Assembly: GCA_046046665.1 (NCBI GenBank)
Contig: JBJOJI010000003.1
Span: forward strand, 1,318-65,317
Origin: Actinomycetota bacterium
GTDB taxonomy: Bacteria > Actinomycetota > Actinomycetes > Actinomycetales > Microbacteriaceae
Reading direction: 5' to 3'
Length of the DNA stretch: 64,000 nt
This document shows, in pieces, positions 40,905-51,967 of the stretch. Position 1 is the stretch's first letter; each line of letters starts with the position of its first letter. A model generated the notes under the pieces. That model worked only from the letters and a program-made list of their open reading frames with translations, was not told the DNA's origin and did no database searches. The translations under genes and the position numbers were made by a program.

Positions 40905-42671
40905 ATGACATATCTGACGCCCGGTGACCCCGCAAGCCGCCTAAAGAAAATTATTGGGTTCATTCTTATTTTGGTTGTGGTGTTCGCAATCCGTTTAGTT
41001 GATCTCCAAATTATTCAGGCGAACGCTATCAATGAAAAGTCTTATGAAAAGCGTGCGGTAACTCGCATAATTCCAGCACTTCGCGGTCAAATTATTGATG
41101 CCAACGGAAAAGTTTTGGCCAAAACAGTGTTTCGTTATGACATCAATGCTGCACCCAGCAAAGTAGGACCAGTGGTTCGCACTGTTAGCGGACAAAGTGT
41201 GACTCTGCCGGTTGAACAGGTTGTAAATGAAATAGCTAAGATTTTAGAAATGTCACCATCTGATGTGACAACCAAGATCGCCGGCACTGGTGAATATTCC
41301 CAAATCAAGAAGCGAGTAGATGCCAGCGCATATCGCAAAATCCGTGCGCTAAATGTTCCATGGCTTTATTACGACCCAATTGCCGAACGCATTTATCCCA
41401 ACGGAGCAGTTGCAGGTAATCTTCTTGGCTTTATTACCGATTCAGGTTTGATGGAAGGGCTAGAGCAGCTTTACGATAAGTGCCTTGCCGGTCAAGATGG
41501 TGAAGAAACTTTTGAAAAAGGTGTAGATGGGATCAAGATTCCATCGAGTGTAATCACCACAAAAGAGGCAAAACCTGGGCGCAACATTAGGCTCACAATT
41601 GATGCCGACTTGCAGTACTTTACGCAGCAGGTACTTGCTAGCACAGTTTCTTATTTGCGTGCCGATTGGGCCAGTGCGGTGATTATTGAATCCAAGACCG
41701 GAAGAATTCTGACTGCGGCAGAGGCACCGTCTGTTGATCCAAATGACCCAGGCAAACTCTCTGCTGACGATAGACGTGCTCGTGTTTTTCAGTTTGCGTT
41801 CGAACCAGGTTCAACACTAAAAACGGTCACCGCTGCAACTGTGATTGACACAGGTCTAGGTAGCCCAAATTCAAAAGCGGTAGCGGACTATAGCTTCTTG
41901 ATCCCCAACTCTGGTGGCTACAAAGTGACCGATAGCCACGTGCACGGCGTGGAGCATCTGACTTTGACCGGCGTTCTGGCCGAATCGTCAAATACTGGAA
42001 TCTTAGATATCGGTAAGGTTGTGGACTACAAGACTCGATACCAGTACCTTGAGAAGTTTGGTATGGGAAAGAAAACCGCAATCAATTTTCCTGGAGAAGG
42101 ATCTGGTCAATTGAATGCGCTAAAGGACTGGGACGGCGTAAAGAAATACGTTTCCATGTTCGGTCAAGGTGTATCGGTGACGCCTATTCAATCTGCCATG
42201 ATGTATCAGACTTTTGGAAACAACGGAGTGCGCCTAGATCCGGTGCTGGTAGATGGTTGCGAAGAAAATATTGATAATTTTAAGGTCCCAGACACAAAAG
42301 CGGGCGTAAAAGTTCTTTCCGAGAGCACAAACACTCAAGTTCTTTCCATGATGGAACGCGTTGTTGAAGACGGTCCAATCGGTGCATACGGAGCAATCCC
42401 TGGTTACCGAATCGGTGCCAAGACAGGTACTGCACAAATCAGGGACCCGAATACCGGAAGGTATGCAGGCCCGTATGCAATTTCATATTTTGGCGTAGCG
42501 CCGATAGAGGATCCTAGATTTGTGGTCGCCGTTACCGCATATAAATCAAGAACTGTAGGTTCTTCGCTAGGTGTAGCAGCACCGTTTAAGCGAATTATGC
42601 AGCAAGTATTGCGCGCCTACCGTGTTCCGCCATCCACAACCAAGACTTCTGACCTACCGTTGAACTGGTGA
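40905..42671 (+). CDS. ftsI: Class B penicillin-binding protein FtsI
   Basis: N-terminal TM, RGQI.D, EPGSTLK (SxxK), SSN, KTG. Confidence 0.93.
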   Translation: MTYLTPGDPASRLKKIIGFILILVVVFAIRLVDLQIIQANAINEKSYEKRAVTRIIPALRGQIIDANGKVLAKTVFRYDINAAPSKVGPVVRTVSGQSVTLPVEQVVNEIAKILEMSPSDVTTKIAGTGEYSQIKKRVDASAYRKIRALNVPWLYYDPIAERIYPNGAVAGNLLGFITDSGLMEGLEQLYDKCLAGQDGEETFEKGVDGIKIPSSVITTKEAKPGRNIRLTIDADLQYFTQQVLASTVSYLRADWASAVIIESKTGRILTAAEAPSVDPNDPGKLSADDRRARVFQFAFEPGSTLKTVTAATVIDTGLGSPNSKAVADYSFLIPNSGGYKVTDSHVHGVEHLTLTGVLAESSNTGILDIGKVVDYKTRYQYLEKFGMGKKTAINFPGEGSGQLNALKDWDGVKKYVSMFGQGVSVTPIQSAMMYQTFGNNGVRLDPVLVDGCEENIDNFKVPDTKAGVKVLSESTNTQVLSMMERVVEDGPIGAYGAIPGYRIGAKTGTAQIRDPNTGRYAGPYAISYFGVAPIEDPRFVVAVTAYKSRTVGSSLGVAAPFKRIMQQVLRAYRVPPSTTKTSDLPLNW

Positions 42672-42675
42672 AACT

Positions 42676-44231
42676 ATGAAAGAGCAAATTCCCCCCATTC
42701 TTAGACCCGATCAGGTCAAGCCGATTGAGCTATCTATATTTGCTAGGCATTTTGACTTGGCAATTGATGACAATACTGAACCTGCATTTCTAACTGGTAT
42801 CAGCATGAATACCGGTGATTTGCGTCCCGGAGATTTGTTCGTTGCCATGCCAGGTAAGAAATCACACGGAGCCAACTTTGCTGAGAAGGCAATCGCTCAA
42901 GGTGCGGTTGCTGTAGTCACAGATTTGGCTGGCCAGAAAATTCTTGGTGAAGTTGAGGTTCCAGTACTGCTTCTTGAAAACCCAAGAGCCCACCTTGGCG
43001 AACTTGCTGCATTTGCCTTGCTGCATTTGCCTACGGCAACATAGCTGGAAACATGCCAAAACTTTTCGCAACGACTGGCACCAATGGTAAAACCTCAACC
43101 AGCTATCTACTAGAAGGCATTCTTCGTCAACTTGGAGAAGTGACTGGGCTTACCTCAACTGCAGAAAGACACATCGCAGGCGAGGTTATTGTTAGCCGAC
43201 TTACAACCCCAGAATCTCCAGAGATGCAAGCCCTTGTTGCTCGAATGCGTGAGAAGGGAGTGACTTCAGTTGCTGTTGAAGTCTCCGCACAAGCACTAAG
43301 TCAGCTACGAGTCGACGGCCTTCATTTTGATGTGGTTGGCTTCACCAACCTAAGTCACGATCACCTTGATGACTACAAAGACATGCAAGAGTACCTAGAG
43401 GCCAAGTTGCCTTTGTTTACAAAAAAACGTGCAACGCGCGGAGTCGTTTGTCTAGATTCAAAATATGGCAAAGCTTTCGTGAAGCAATCTGAAATTCCCG
43501 TTTCCACCATCACAAGCGAACTTGGTGTTGATGCTGATTGGCATGTTGCTGTTACGGCGGAAACTCCAAAGTACACATCCTTTGTCTTGGCTGGACCAGA
43601 CGGAATCACCATACGTTCTCGTGTGCCCCTGTTAGGAGCACACATGGCAGCTAACGCGGGTTTAGCAATTGTTATGTTGATTGAAGCCGGCTTCTCTGCA
43701 GACAAAATTTCCAAAGCAATTGAAAACGGCATCTCTGCCTACCTACCTGGCAGAACAGAGCTAGTGACCCAGGGCACAGGCCCCAACGTATACGTAGATT
43801 TTGGCCACAGTCCTGATGCGTTCTTGAACACTCTGGCCGCAGTGCGAAAAGTCACCGAAGGAAAAGTCATCATGTTGTTTGGAGCCGATGGCGACCGCGA
43901 TGCTAGCAAGCGACCAGCAATGGCAAGAATCGCGGCAGAGGGTTCAGATATTCTGATCGTGACCGATCACCATCCAAGGTTTGAAAACCCGGCATCTATT
44001 AGAAAAGCGTTGATGGATGCAGCAAAAGAAGCAAAGCCAAATCTAGAGATTTATGAAGTTTCTCCGCCTGAAGCGGCCATTCGAAAGGCAGTGTCACTTG
44101 CGATGCCTGGTGATGCAATTCTCTGGGCTGGTCCAGGCCACCAAGATTATCGAGACATTGAAGGCGTGCGCACTCCTTACTCAGCCAGACACGAAGCTCG
44201 AGAGGCTTTGAAAGAAAATGGTTGGTCATGA
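42676..44231 (+). CDS. murE: MurE ligase, frameshifted into two ORFs (42676-43044 and 43053-44231) by a 14-bp tandem duplication
   Basis: The first ORF has the N-domain (PGDLFVAMPG...HGA.F). The second has TGTNGKTS, LTTPE, EVS, FTNLSHDHLD. Removing one CTTGCTGCATTTGC copy restores a single 513-aa frame. Confidence 0.92.
43003..43030 (+). repeat. Exact 14-bp tandem duplication (CTTGCTGCATTTGC x2)
   Basis: Copies at 43003-43016 and 43017-43030. Confidence 0.95.
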
Positions 44232-45628
44232 TTAGTCTTTCGGTTCGACAAATCGCAGCTGCCGTTGACGGCGTCGTTCACGGCGATGCAGAAGTTATGG
44301 TCACGGGGTCTGTAGAAACAGATTCTCGCCTCGTTGGAGTTGGCTCACTTTTTGTTGCCAAACCGGGTGAAATCACCGATGGTCACAAATTCGTTGCCGC
44401 CGCCGCTGCTGCTGGTGCGGTTGCGGCACTAGTGGAGCGCAAGCTAGAAGACACAGACCTTCCTCAAATCGTGGTCAAAAACTGCGTAATTGCATTGGGC
44501 TCGTTGGCAAAGTTTGTCCTAAGCGAAATTAGAAAAAACTCAGACCTGAAAGTGATTGGCGTTACGGGCTCTAATGGCAAGACCACAACTAAAAACATGC
44601 TTAGCGCTATTTTGAGTTCAGCGGCAGAGACCATCGCGCCTATTGAGTCATATAACAACGAAGTTGGGGCACCATATTCGATTTTGCAAACCACAAGCGC
44701 AACTAAGTTTCTAGTCGTTGAGCTCGGCGCTGGCGGTCTTGGCAGCATTGATTACCTAACCAAAATTGCCCAACCCGATATCGGTGTGATTTTGAAAGTT
44801 GGTTTGGCTCACGTGGGGGAGTTTGGTGGAATCGAGACCACGGCAAAAATTAAATCTGAGTTAGCTAAAGCAATGCCGAAAAACTCAACTTTGATTTTGA
44901 ACGCCGATGATGGCTACGTAGTTGAGATGGCTGAACTCAGCTCAGCACAAATAATTTGGTTTGGGACTTCTTTTGATGCCAACTACCAAGCCACTGATCA
45001 AAAAGTTTCCATTAATGGCACAAGTTTCAAACTTCACTGGCCTGACGGCCAGGTTTCAGAAATTTCGTTGCAAATTTTGGGAGAGCATCATGTAATGAAC
45101 GCCCTTGCAGCGGCAAGCGTGGCCGACCAACTACAAATTCCAAGAAGTGATATCGTTCGAGCGCTTGAGGCTATGCCTCTGGCCGAGCGTTGGCGAATGC
45201 AGGTTCTAAATCGCCCCGATGGTGTCACCATAATTAATGACGCCTACAACGCCAGCCCAGATTCAACCAAGGCAGCACTTCAGACTTTGGCTCAACTAGG
45301 TATCTCCGGGCGCCGAACAATTGCGATATTGGGCGAAATGGCTGAGCTTGGCAGTGAATCTCGAGAGCAGCACGATGCAATTGGCCGAATTGTGGTTCGC
45401 TTGAACATTGACCAACTGATTGTGGTCGGAATCAACGCAAAATTGATTCACATGGGCGCTGAACAAGAGGGTTCCTGGGCCGGTGAATCAAAATTCTTTG
45501 ATTCAATTGACGAGGCTTTCAGTTATGTTCGTGGAATGCTTATGGCTGGCGATTTAGTGCTGGTTAAGTCATCTAAATCAGCAAACTTAAGATTCTTGGG
45601 AGACAATTTGATGGAGGTCAGTGCATGA
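44228..45628 (+). CDS. murF: UDP-MurNAc-tripeptide D-Ala-D-Ala ligase
   Basis: [34 protein letters not shown]; ATGA overlap with the murE stop. Confidence 0.96.
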   Translation: MISLSVRQIAAAVDGVVHGDAEVMVTGSVETDSRLVGVGSLFVAKPGEITDGHKFVAAAAAAGAVAALVERKLEDTDLPQIVVKNCVIALGSLAKFVLSEIRKNSDLKVIGVTGSNGKTTTKNMLSAILSSAAETIAPIESYNNEVGAPYSILQTTSATKFLVVELGAGGLGSIDYLTKIAQPDIGVILKVGLAHVGEFGGIETTAKIKSELAKAMPKNSTLILNADDGYVVEMAELSSAQIIWFGTSFDANYQATDQKVSINGTSFKLHWPDGQVSEISLQILGEHHVMNALAAASVADQLQIPRSDIVRALEAMPLAERWRMQVLNRPDGVTIINDAYNASPDSTKAALQTLAQLGISGRRTIAILGEMAELGSESREQHDAIGRIVVRLNIDQLIVVGINAKLIHMGAEQEGSWAGESKFFDSIDEAFSYVRGMLMAGDLVLVKSSKSANLRFLGDNLMEVSA

Positions 45629-46725
45629 GAGCCATCCTGCTAGCTGGTGGAGTATCAATGGCATTCACCTTGCTGGTGACTCCAGGTTTTATCTGGCTGT
45701 TCCGCAAACTTCGCTGGGGACAATTCATTAGAGAAGACGGCCCACAATCCCATCACACCAAGCATGGAACACCAACCATGGGCGGCGTGGTCATTATTGT
45801 TGCTGCGGTGCTTGGTTACTTCATAGGAAAGCTCGCAAACTTTGAAACCCCAACCGCCTCTGCGCTACTGGTGCTGTTTATGCTTGTGGGTTTGGGTTTG
45901 GTTGGGTTTATCGATGATTTCATCAAAACCCATCGTCAACGAAGTCTAGGTCTAACAGGTTGGGCAAAAATAGCAATGCAGGGTGTTGTGGCCACTGTGT
46001 TCGCAGTTCTGGCTCTGCAGTTTCCGAACGATTCTGGTCTAACGCCAGCATCGACGCAGATTTCTTTTGTGCGGGATACTGGAATTGATTTAATGATGTT
46101 TGGAACTGCGATCGGCGTGGTTCTATTTGTCATTTGGATTTACATTCTGGTTGCCAGCGCTTCAAACGGTGTAAACATCGCCGATGGCCTAGACGGTCTT
46201 GCAACCGGATCCACAATCATGGCAATTGGCGCCTACACAGTTATTGGTTTCTGGCAATTCAACCAAGCCTGCGGAACCGTAATCGAGAACGTTTCAAGTT
46301 GTTACGAAGTGCGCGATCCGCTAGATCTTGCAGTTGTTTCATCGGCAATTGTGGGTGCTCTTATTGGCTTCCTTTGGTGGAACACATCGCCTGCTCAAAT
46401 TTTTATGGGCGATACTGGCTCGCTTGGGCTTGGCGGTGCCTTGGCTGCTCTGGCCATTCTTTCGCGCACAGAAATACTGCTGGTTTTAATTGGCGGCATT
46501 TTTGTAATTGTTACTGGCTCTGTGGTGGTTCAAAGAGTCTTTTTCAAACTCACAAAGTGGAAGACTGGCACCGGAAAACGCGTATTTCTAATGTCACCCC
46601 TGCACCACCATTTTGAGCTAAAAGGTTGGGCGCAGGTCACCGTCGTAGTTAGATTCTGGATTATTGCGGGGCTGTCAACTGTAGCTGGCATCGGAATTTT
46701 CTATGTTGAATGGATCTACGGATAG
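45625..46725 (+). CDS. mraY: Phospho-MurNAc-pentapeptide transferase
   Basis: [29 protein letters not shown]. Confidence 0.98.
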   Translation: MRAILLAGGVSMAFTLLVTPGFIWLFRKLRWGQFIREDGPQSHHTKHGTPTMGGVVIIVAAVLGYFIGKLANFETPTASALLVLFMLVGLGLVGFIDDFIKTHRQRSLGLTGWAKIAMQGVVATVFAVLALQFPNDSGLTPASTQISFVRDTGIDLMMFGTAIGVVLFVIWIYILVASASNGVNIADGLDGLATGSTIMAIGAYTVIGFWQFNQACGTVIENVSSCYEVRDPLDLAVVSSAIVGALIGFLWWNTSPAQIFMGDTGSLGLGGALAALAILSRTEILLVLIGGIFVIVTGSVVVQRVFFKLTKWKTGTGKRVFLMSPLHHHFELKGWAQVTVVVRFWIIAGLSTVAGIGIFYVEWIYG

Positions 46726-46728
46726 TTC

Positions 46729-48198
46729 ATGAAAGACCTGGCGCAATTAAATAGTTGGCACGCTGATTGGCGTGACCTTCGCGTTGTTGTGCTAGGCCTT
46801 GGCATAACAGGTTTTTCAGTGGCAGACACTCTCGCCGAGCTAGGTGCGAAAGTCCTTGTGGTTGCAAAAAAAGCCGACCCAGAACTAGTAGACATACTTG
46901 ATGTAGTTGGCGTCCAGCATTTAACCGGGCAGGCGGCCCAAGAAGAATTTCCAATTGATGTCAAGAATTTCGATCCACAACTGATTGTTACCTCACCCGG
47001 AGTAAAGCCGGAACATGAAATGTTGGCGTGGGCTAAAAAGTCTGAAATTCCGGTCTGGGTTGACATTGAGTTAGCTTGGCGTCTTCGGGATAAAACTACA
47101 AAGATTGCAGATTGGATTGTAATCACCGGTACCAACGGCAAGACCACCACTGTGCAAATGGTTGAAGCCATGTTGGTGGCTGGCGGCAAACGTGCGGTTT
47201 CTTGTGGAAACATCGGCACACCAATACTTGATGTGATTCGCGACCCAGAAGGCTTTGACGTTTTGGTTGTTGAGCTTTCGAGCTTTCAACTTCACTACCT
47301 TGGTGTAATTCAGCCGTATTCAAGTGCGGTGTTAAACATTGCTGACGATCACATTGATTGGCACGGAAGTTTCGAAGCCTACTCAGGAACCAAGGCCAAA
47401 ATTTACGAGAACACTAAGATTGCCTGCGTTTATAACCTAAGTGACCCAGCCACTGAAAAAATGGTTGAAAATGCCGATGTAATTGAAGGAGCGCGAGCCA
47501 TTGGGTTTGGCACTGGATTACCGGCTAGGTCGCAAATTGGTTTTGTCGAAGATATCCTTTGTGATCGCGCATTTCTAGATGACCGTGCCAACAGTGCTTT
47601 AGAAATTGCAACACTAGATGACCTTGCTCAAATTGGAGTGCTGACGCCTCACCTAATGGCCAATGCGGCGGCGGCAACCGCCTTGGCTAGGTCTTATGGG
47701 GTCGAACCCGAGCATATTCGTTCGGCGCTTAGAAACTTTCGCCTTGATGCGCACCGGATTGAACTTGTTTTAGAACAAGATGAAATTCGATGGATAGACG
47801 ACTCAAAGGCAACTAACCCGCATGCAACAGCAGCTTCACTTAATTCTTTCGAAAGTGTTATTTGGATTGTTGGCGGTTTACTCAAAGGCGTTGACATAAG
47901 TGAGCTTGTCTCTAGGTACGAAAACCGCCTTAAAGCCGCAATAGTTATAGGCGCAGACAGAGCGCACGTGCTTGATGCACTGGCAGAGCATGCCCCAAAT
48001 ATCCCTGTGGTTGAAATTTCCGGTGAAGAAGATGTGATGGCTCAAGTTGTAGCCAGTGCCAAATTGATTGCCAGAAGCGGAGACACGGTGCTATTGGCAC
48101 CGGCAGCCGCATCTATGGATCAGTTCAAAGATTACGCAGACCGTGGTGTTCAATTTGCTCAGCAGGTTCAGTGGCAGATCGCAGGCACAAATGGCTAA
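46729..48198 (+). CDS. murD: UDP-MurNAc-L-Ala D-glutamate ligase
   Basis: ITGTNGKTTT, ELSSFQL, DDSKATN, LLAPAAASMDQF. Confidence 0.97.
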   Translation: MKDLAQLNSWHADWRDLRVVVLGLGITGFSVADTLAELGAKVLVVAKKADPELVDILDVVGVQHLTGQAAQEEFPIDVKNFDPQLIVTSPGVKPEHEMLAWAKKSEIPVWVDIELAWRLRDKTTKIADWIVITGTNGKTTTVQMVEAMLVAGGKRAVSCGNIGTPILDVIRDPEGFDVLVVELSSFQLHYLGVIQPYSSAVLNIADDHIDWHGSFEAYSGTKAKIYENTKIACVYNLSDPATEKMVENADVIEGARAIGFGTGLPARSQIGFVEDILCDRAFLDDRANSALEIATLDDLAQIGVLTPHLMANAAAATALARSYGVEPEHIRSALRNFRLDAHRIELVLEQDEIRWIDDSKATNPHATAASLNSFESVIWIVGGLLKGVDISELVSRYENRLKAAIVIGADRAHVLDALAEHAPNIPVVEISGEEDVMAQVVASAKLIARSGDTVLLAPAAASMDQFKDYADRGVQFAQQVQWQIAGTNG

Positions 48199-49462
48199 AT
48201 TGTCTCCTGCAGAGCGAAGCAGACTTGCCCCTACGAAGATAACTTCGCGAAAAAAATCCAATAGTTCAAGACCTCAAGACCTTGCGTCTTCTGGAGTGGC
48301 GAGCTTGAAAGTTTTCTTTGACCGTGCGTTTAAAGCACAGTCAATTCATTTTTATCGCTTGCTTGGTGTAACTCTATTTCTTGCCGCCTTTGGTGTAGTC
48401 ATGGTGCTGTCAGCTTCATCAATTGATTCACTGGTTGCAAACCGAAACTCTTTTGCCGTGGCCGGCAAGCAGTTCTTTTTTGCAGCTGCAGGATTGGCCG
48501 CCTTGTCGTTCGTTTCTCTGATGAGCACAGAGTTCATTAAGTCAAAAGCCAAATTTCTATTCATGGTGGCAATGGCACTGCAAGTTGCTGTTTTATTTAT
48601 TGGTAAAGACATAAATGGAAACAGAAACTGGATAGATGTTTTTGGTTTATTCACGATTCAACCTTCTGAAATATTAAAGATTGCAGTCATTTTGCACATT
48701 TCTGCATACCTAGCGCACCAGAAGGATTATCTAGACGACCCAAAGGTTTGGCAGAAAGCTTTGGTAATAGCCGGTGCGGCGATGGCGCTGGTTCTTTTTG
48801 GTCGAGACCTTGGAACAGTAATCATTATGACCATCGCATTCGTTGGGCTATTAGCCTTGGCGGGCATGCCAAATAAGCTGCTGCGCTTGGTAGGCCTTGG
48901 TTTGGCGGTGGCTATTCCAATTGCCTTGATGTCCAGCTCTTCGCGCATCGGGCGTATCACGGCTTGGTTAAGTCCGAACGGCCCAGACCCACTTAACTAC
49001 AATTGGCAGGCTGAACACGGCATGTGGGCTCTTGCGGCAGGTCGAATATTTGGTTCAGGTCTTGGCGAGTCAAAAATGAAATGGAGCTGGATTCCCGAGG
49101 TGGAAAACGATTTCATTTTCGCAATCATTGGCGAGGAGCTTGGCTTAGTTGGCGCTTTAGTTGTGATCGCGCTTTTTGTATTCCTAACTTTCTCATTGCT
49201 TCGAATCATGCAACGAACCAATGATCCTTTCAAACGAAATGTTGTTGCGGCTATCATGCTGTGGATTGTATTCCAGGCCTTGGTGAACATTGCGGTTGTC
49301 TTGAGGTTGCTTCCTGTGCTTGGTGTTCCACTTCCACTTATTTCAGCAGGTGGCTCATCTTTGGTTTCTGCCCTTGGGGCTATTGGTGTAGTTCTTGCTA
49401 TCGAAAGAGAAAATCACGCAAGCCCAATATCTACTAGAAGGCGGATAGGTAATCGGCGATGA
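48191..49462 (+). CDS. ftsW: SEDS peptidoglycan polymerase FtsW
   Basis: MVLSASS, IQPSE, DFIFAIIGEELG, GVPLPLISAGGSS; ATG 48191. Confidence 0.95.
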   Translation: MAKLSPAERSRLAPTKITSRKKSNSSRPQDLASSGVASLKVFFDRAFKAQSIHFYRLLGVTLFLAAFGVVMVLSASSIDSLVANRNSFAVAGKQFFFAAAGLAALSFVSLMSTEFIKSKAKFLFMVAMALQVAVLFIGKDINGNRNWIDVFGLFTIQPSEILKIAVILHISAYLAHQKDYLDDPKVWQKALVIAGAAMALVLFGRDLGTVIIMTIAFVGLLALAGMPNKLLRLVGLGLAVAIPIALMSSSSRIGRITAWLSPNGPDPLNYNWQAEHGMWALAAGRIFGSGLGESKMKWSWIPEVENDFIFAIIGEELGLVGALVVIALFVFLTFSLLRIMQRTNDPFKRNVVAAIMLWIVFQALVNIAVVLRLLPVLGVPLPLISAGGSSLVSALGAIGVVLAIERENHASPISTRRRIGNRR

Positions 49463-50526
49463 CAAATTACCTATTAGCGGGCGGTGGCACTGCCGGGCAC
49501 GTAAACCCTCTTTTGGCGTTGGCCGATGCCATAAAGGAAAATTCTGAAAAGCACAATGTATATGCATTAGGCACCGCTGAAGGCCTTGAGAAAGATTTAG
49601 TTCCGGCACGTGGATATCAACTTTTGACCGTTGCCAAACTTCCTTTTCCGCGCAAATTAAACAGTTATGCGTTTAAGTTTCCTCTCAAATTTCAAAGTGC
49701 CATCAAAGATTGTGTAGAAATAATTCGCAAAAATAAGATTGATGTTGTGGTTGGTTTTGGTGGTTACGCCAGCGCACCGGCATATCTTGCTGCAAAAAAA
49801 CTAGGAGTTCCAGTTGTGGTGCACGAAGCAAACGCGCTTCCAGGGTGGGCAAATAAATTTGGAGCAAAGTTTGCATCGGCAGTGGGGGTGGCTTTTGCTA
49901 ACACCCCATTAAAAAACGCAATTCACGTTGGTATGCCTCTTCGAAAAGAAATTGAAACGCTTTCAAATAATCTTGATAAATCCGAAGCCCGAAAATATTT
50001 TGATTTGAATGAAGATTCGGTCACCTTATTAGTCACTGGTGGATCCTTAGGGGCACGGCGCATAAACGACACAATTGAATCCTCTCGAAAAGTACTTAGT
50101 GCGGCTGGCATTCAAGTTCTGCATATTGTTGGCGGCAAATCTGATTTAGCCGAAACGACAGAAAAAGATTATGTGCGAATCAATTACTGCGACCGCATGG
50201 ATCTTGCTATTGCAGCCAGTAATTTTGCAGTCTCGCGGGCAGGTGCTTCAACTGTGTCCGAGTTTGCTGCAGTTGGCCTGCCGGCTGCGTATGTTCCATA
50301 CCCGGTTGGAAATGGTGAGCAAAAGTTAAACGTGATTGACCTGGTTAAATCTGGGGCCGCCGTAGTGGTTTCAGATATCGATTTCACACCTGCTTATGTA
50401 TCTGAAACCCTGGTGCCGCTGATTTCAAATTCAAAAGAATTGGCTGCAATGTCAAAAGCTGCCAAGTCTGCAGGAATCATTGATGGCGCACATCGCTTGT
50501 TCGGACTCGTGCAGGGTGTGTTGTAG
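49459..50526 (+). CDS. murG: MurG glycosyltransferase
   Basis: GGGTAGH, GFGGY, HEAN, GGSLGA, SRAGA. Confidence 0.97.
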   Translation: MTNYLLAGGGTAGHVNPLLALADAIKENSEKHNVYALGTAEGLEKDLVPARGYQLLTVAKLPFPRKLNSYAFKFPLKFQSAIKDCVEIIRKNKIDVVVGFGGYASAPAYLAAKKLGVPVVVHEANALPGWANKFGAKFASAVGVAFANTPLKNAIHVGMPLRKEIETLSNNLDKSEARKYFDLNEDSVTLLVTGGSLGARRINDTIESSRKVLSAAGIQVLHIVGGKSDLAETTEKDYVRINYCDRMDLAIAASNFAVSRAGASTVSEFAAVGLPAAYVPYPVGNGEQKLNVIDLVKSGAAVVVSDIDFTPAYVSETLVPLISNSKELAAMSKAAKSAGIIDGAHRLFGLVQGVL

Positions 50527-50578
50527 ACAGCTCGCAAATCTTCGTCAGCCTAGTCTTCTAGGTGAGTGTTAGGAAACC

Positions 50579-51967
50579 ATGATTAAGCCAGATTTCAGCC
50601 AGCCGGTACCAGCCGAACTAGGCACCGTTCACTTTATCGGAATTGGTGGTTCTGGCATGAGTGGAATAGCGAGAATTTTGCTTGGTATGGGGCACAAGGT
50701 AACCGGCAGTGATCTTCGCGACACCTCAAATGTTGAGACTTTGCGAAACCTGGGTGCCAAAATTTCTATCGGCCATGATGCAGCTAATTTGGGCAATCCA
50801 GACACAGTTGTGGTTACTTCTGCACTGTGGCCAACTAACCCTGAGTACCTACTTGCCAAGGAACGCGGAATTCCGGTTATTCACCGATCACAGGCTTTGG
50901 CTTATCTGACTTCAAAACGAGAAGTCATTGCTGTTGCCGGAGCACACGGAAAGACCACCAGCACCGGAATGATCATTACGGGCTTACTAGAGCTTGGTGA
51001 AGACCCAAGTTTTGTGAACGGCGGCGTAATTGCGTCTCTGAATGCATCTTCCGCAAGTGGCACAGGAAGCCTTTTTGTAATTGAAGCTGACGAATCGGAC
51101 GGCTCTTTTTTGCATTACGACACGGCAGTTGCCTTGATTACCAACGTTGATGCCGATCACCTTGATCACTACGGCACAGAAGAGGCATTTGAGGCTGAAT
51201 TTGCAAGATTTGCCCAGGGTGCTCGCGAATTCGTTGCAATTAGCTCTGACGATCCAGGTGCGGTCAGGGTGCACGGGCTAATCAAGAATCAAAGGGTTAT
51301 ATCCTTTGGGCGTGCCCAGGAATCAACCGTACGTTTATTTGACGTAGATGCCAGTGGGGCAAGGGTTTCATTCGCACTTAACTATGAAGGAAATGAATTC
51401 AGGGCAACGCTAAGTGTTCCGGGCGAGCACAACGCCATTAATGCTGCTGGAGCTTTCGCAGTTCTAGTTGGTTTGGGTTTTGATGCAAGGCTTTCCCTAG
51501 AAGCAATTGCGAAATTTGGCGGCACCGAGCGAAGATTTGAGCTACACGGTGAACGCAGGGGAGTTAGCGTCTACGACGATTTTGCACACCACCCAACTGA
51601 AGTAGCAGCCGCTATTAAGGCGGCCAGGGCTGTTGTGGGCGAAGGTCGAATCGTAACCGTGTTCCAGCCTCACCTGTACAGCAGAACTCGATTAATGGCT
51701 AAAGAATTTGCTGAAGCCCTATCTGCTTCAGATGAAGTCGTGGTTCTTGATATCTATGCGGCACGTGAAGATCCGGAACCAGGAGTGACCGGAGCACTTG
51801 TCTCTGATGCATTTACGAACAAGTCTCAGGTGCACTATGTACCGCAGTGGAGTGACGTACCGGCAGTTGCTGCCAAGCTGGCAAAAAACGGCGACTTTAT
51901 TATGACCATGGGCTGTGGAGACATTTACCGAATGGTACCCGAGTTACTTGAAGCACTAGAGCGGTAA
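50579..51967 (+). CDS. murC: UDP-MurNAc-amino acid ligase MurC
   Basis: [33 protein letters not shown]. Confidence 0.97.
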   Translation: MIKPDFSQPVPAELGTVHFIGIGGSGMSGIARILLGMGHKVTGSDLRDTSNVETLRNLGAKISIGHDAANLGNPDTVVVTSALWPTNPEYLLAKERGIPVIHRSQALAYLTSKREVIAVAGAHGKTTSTGMIITGLLELGEDPSFVNGGVIASLNASSASGTGSLFVIEADESDGSFLHYDTAVALITNVDADHLDHYGTEEAFEAEFARFAQGAREFVAISSDDPGAVRVHGLIKNQRVISFGRAQESTVRLFDVDASGARVSFALNYEGNEFRATLSVPGEHNAINAAGAFAVLVGLGFDARLSLEAIAKFGGTERRFELHGERRGVSVYDDFAHHPTEVAAAIKAARAVVGEGRIVTVFQPHLYSRTRLMAKEFAEALSASDEVVVLDIYAAREDPEPGVTGALVSDAFTNKSQVHYVPQWSDVPAVAAKLAKNGDFIMTMGCGDIYRMVPELLEALER

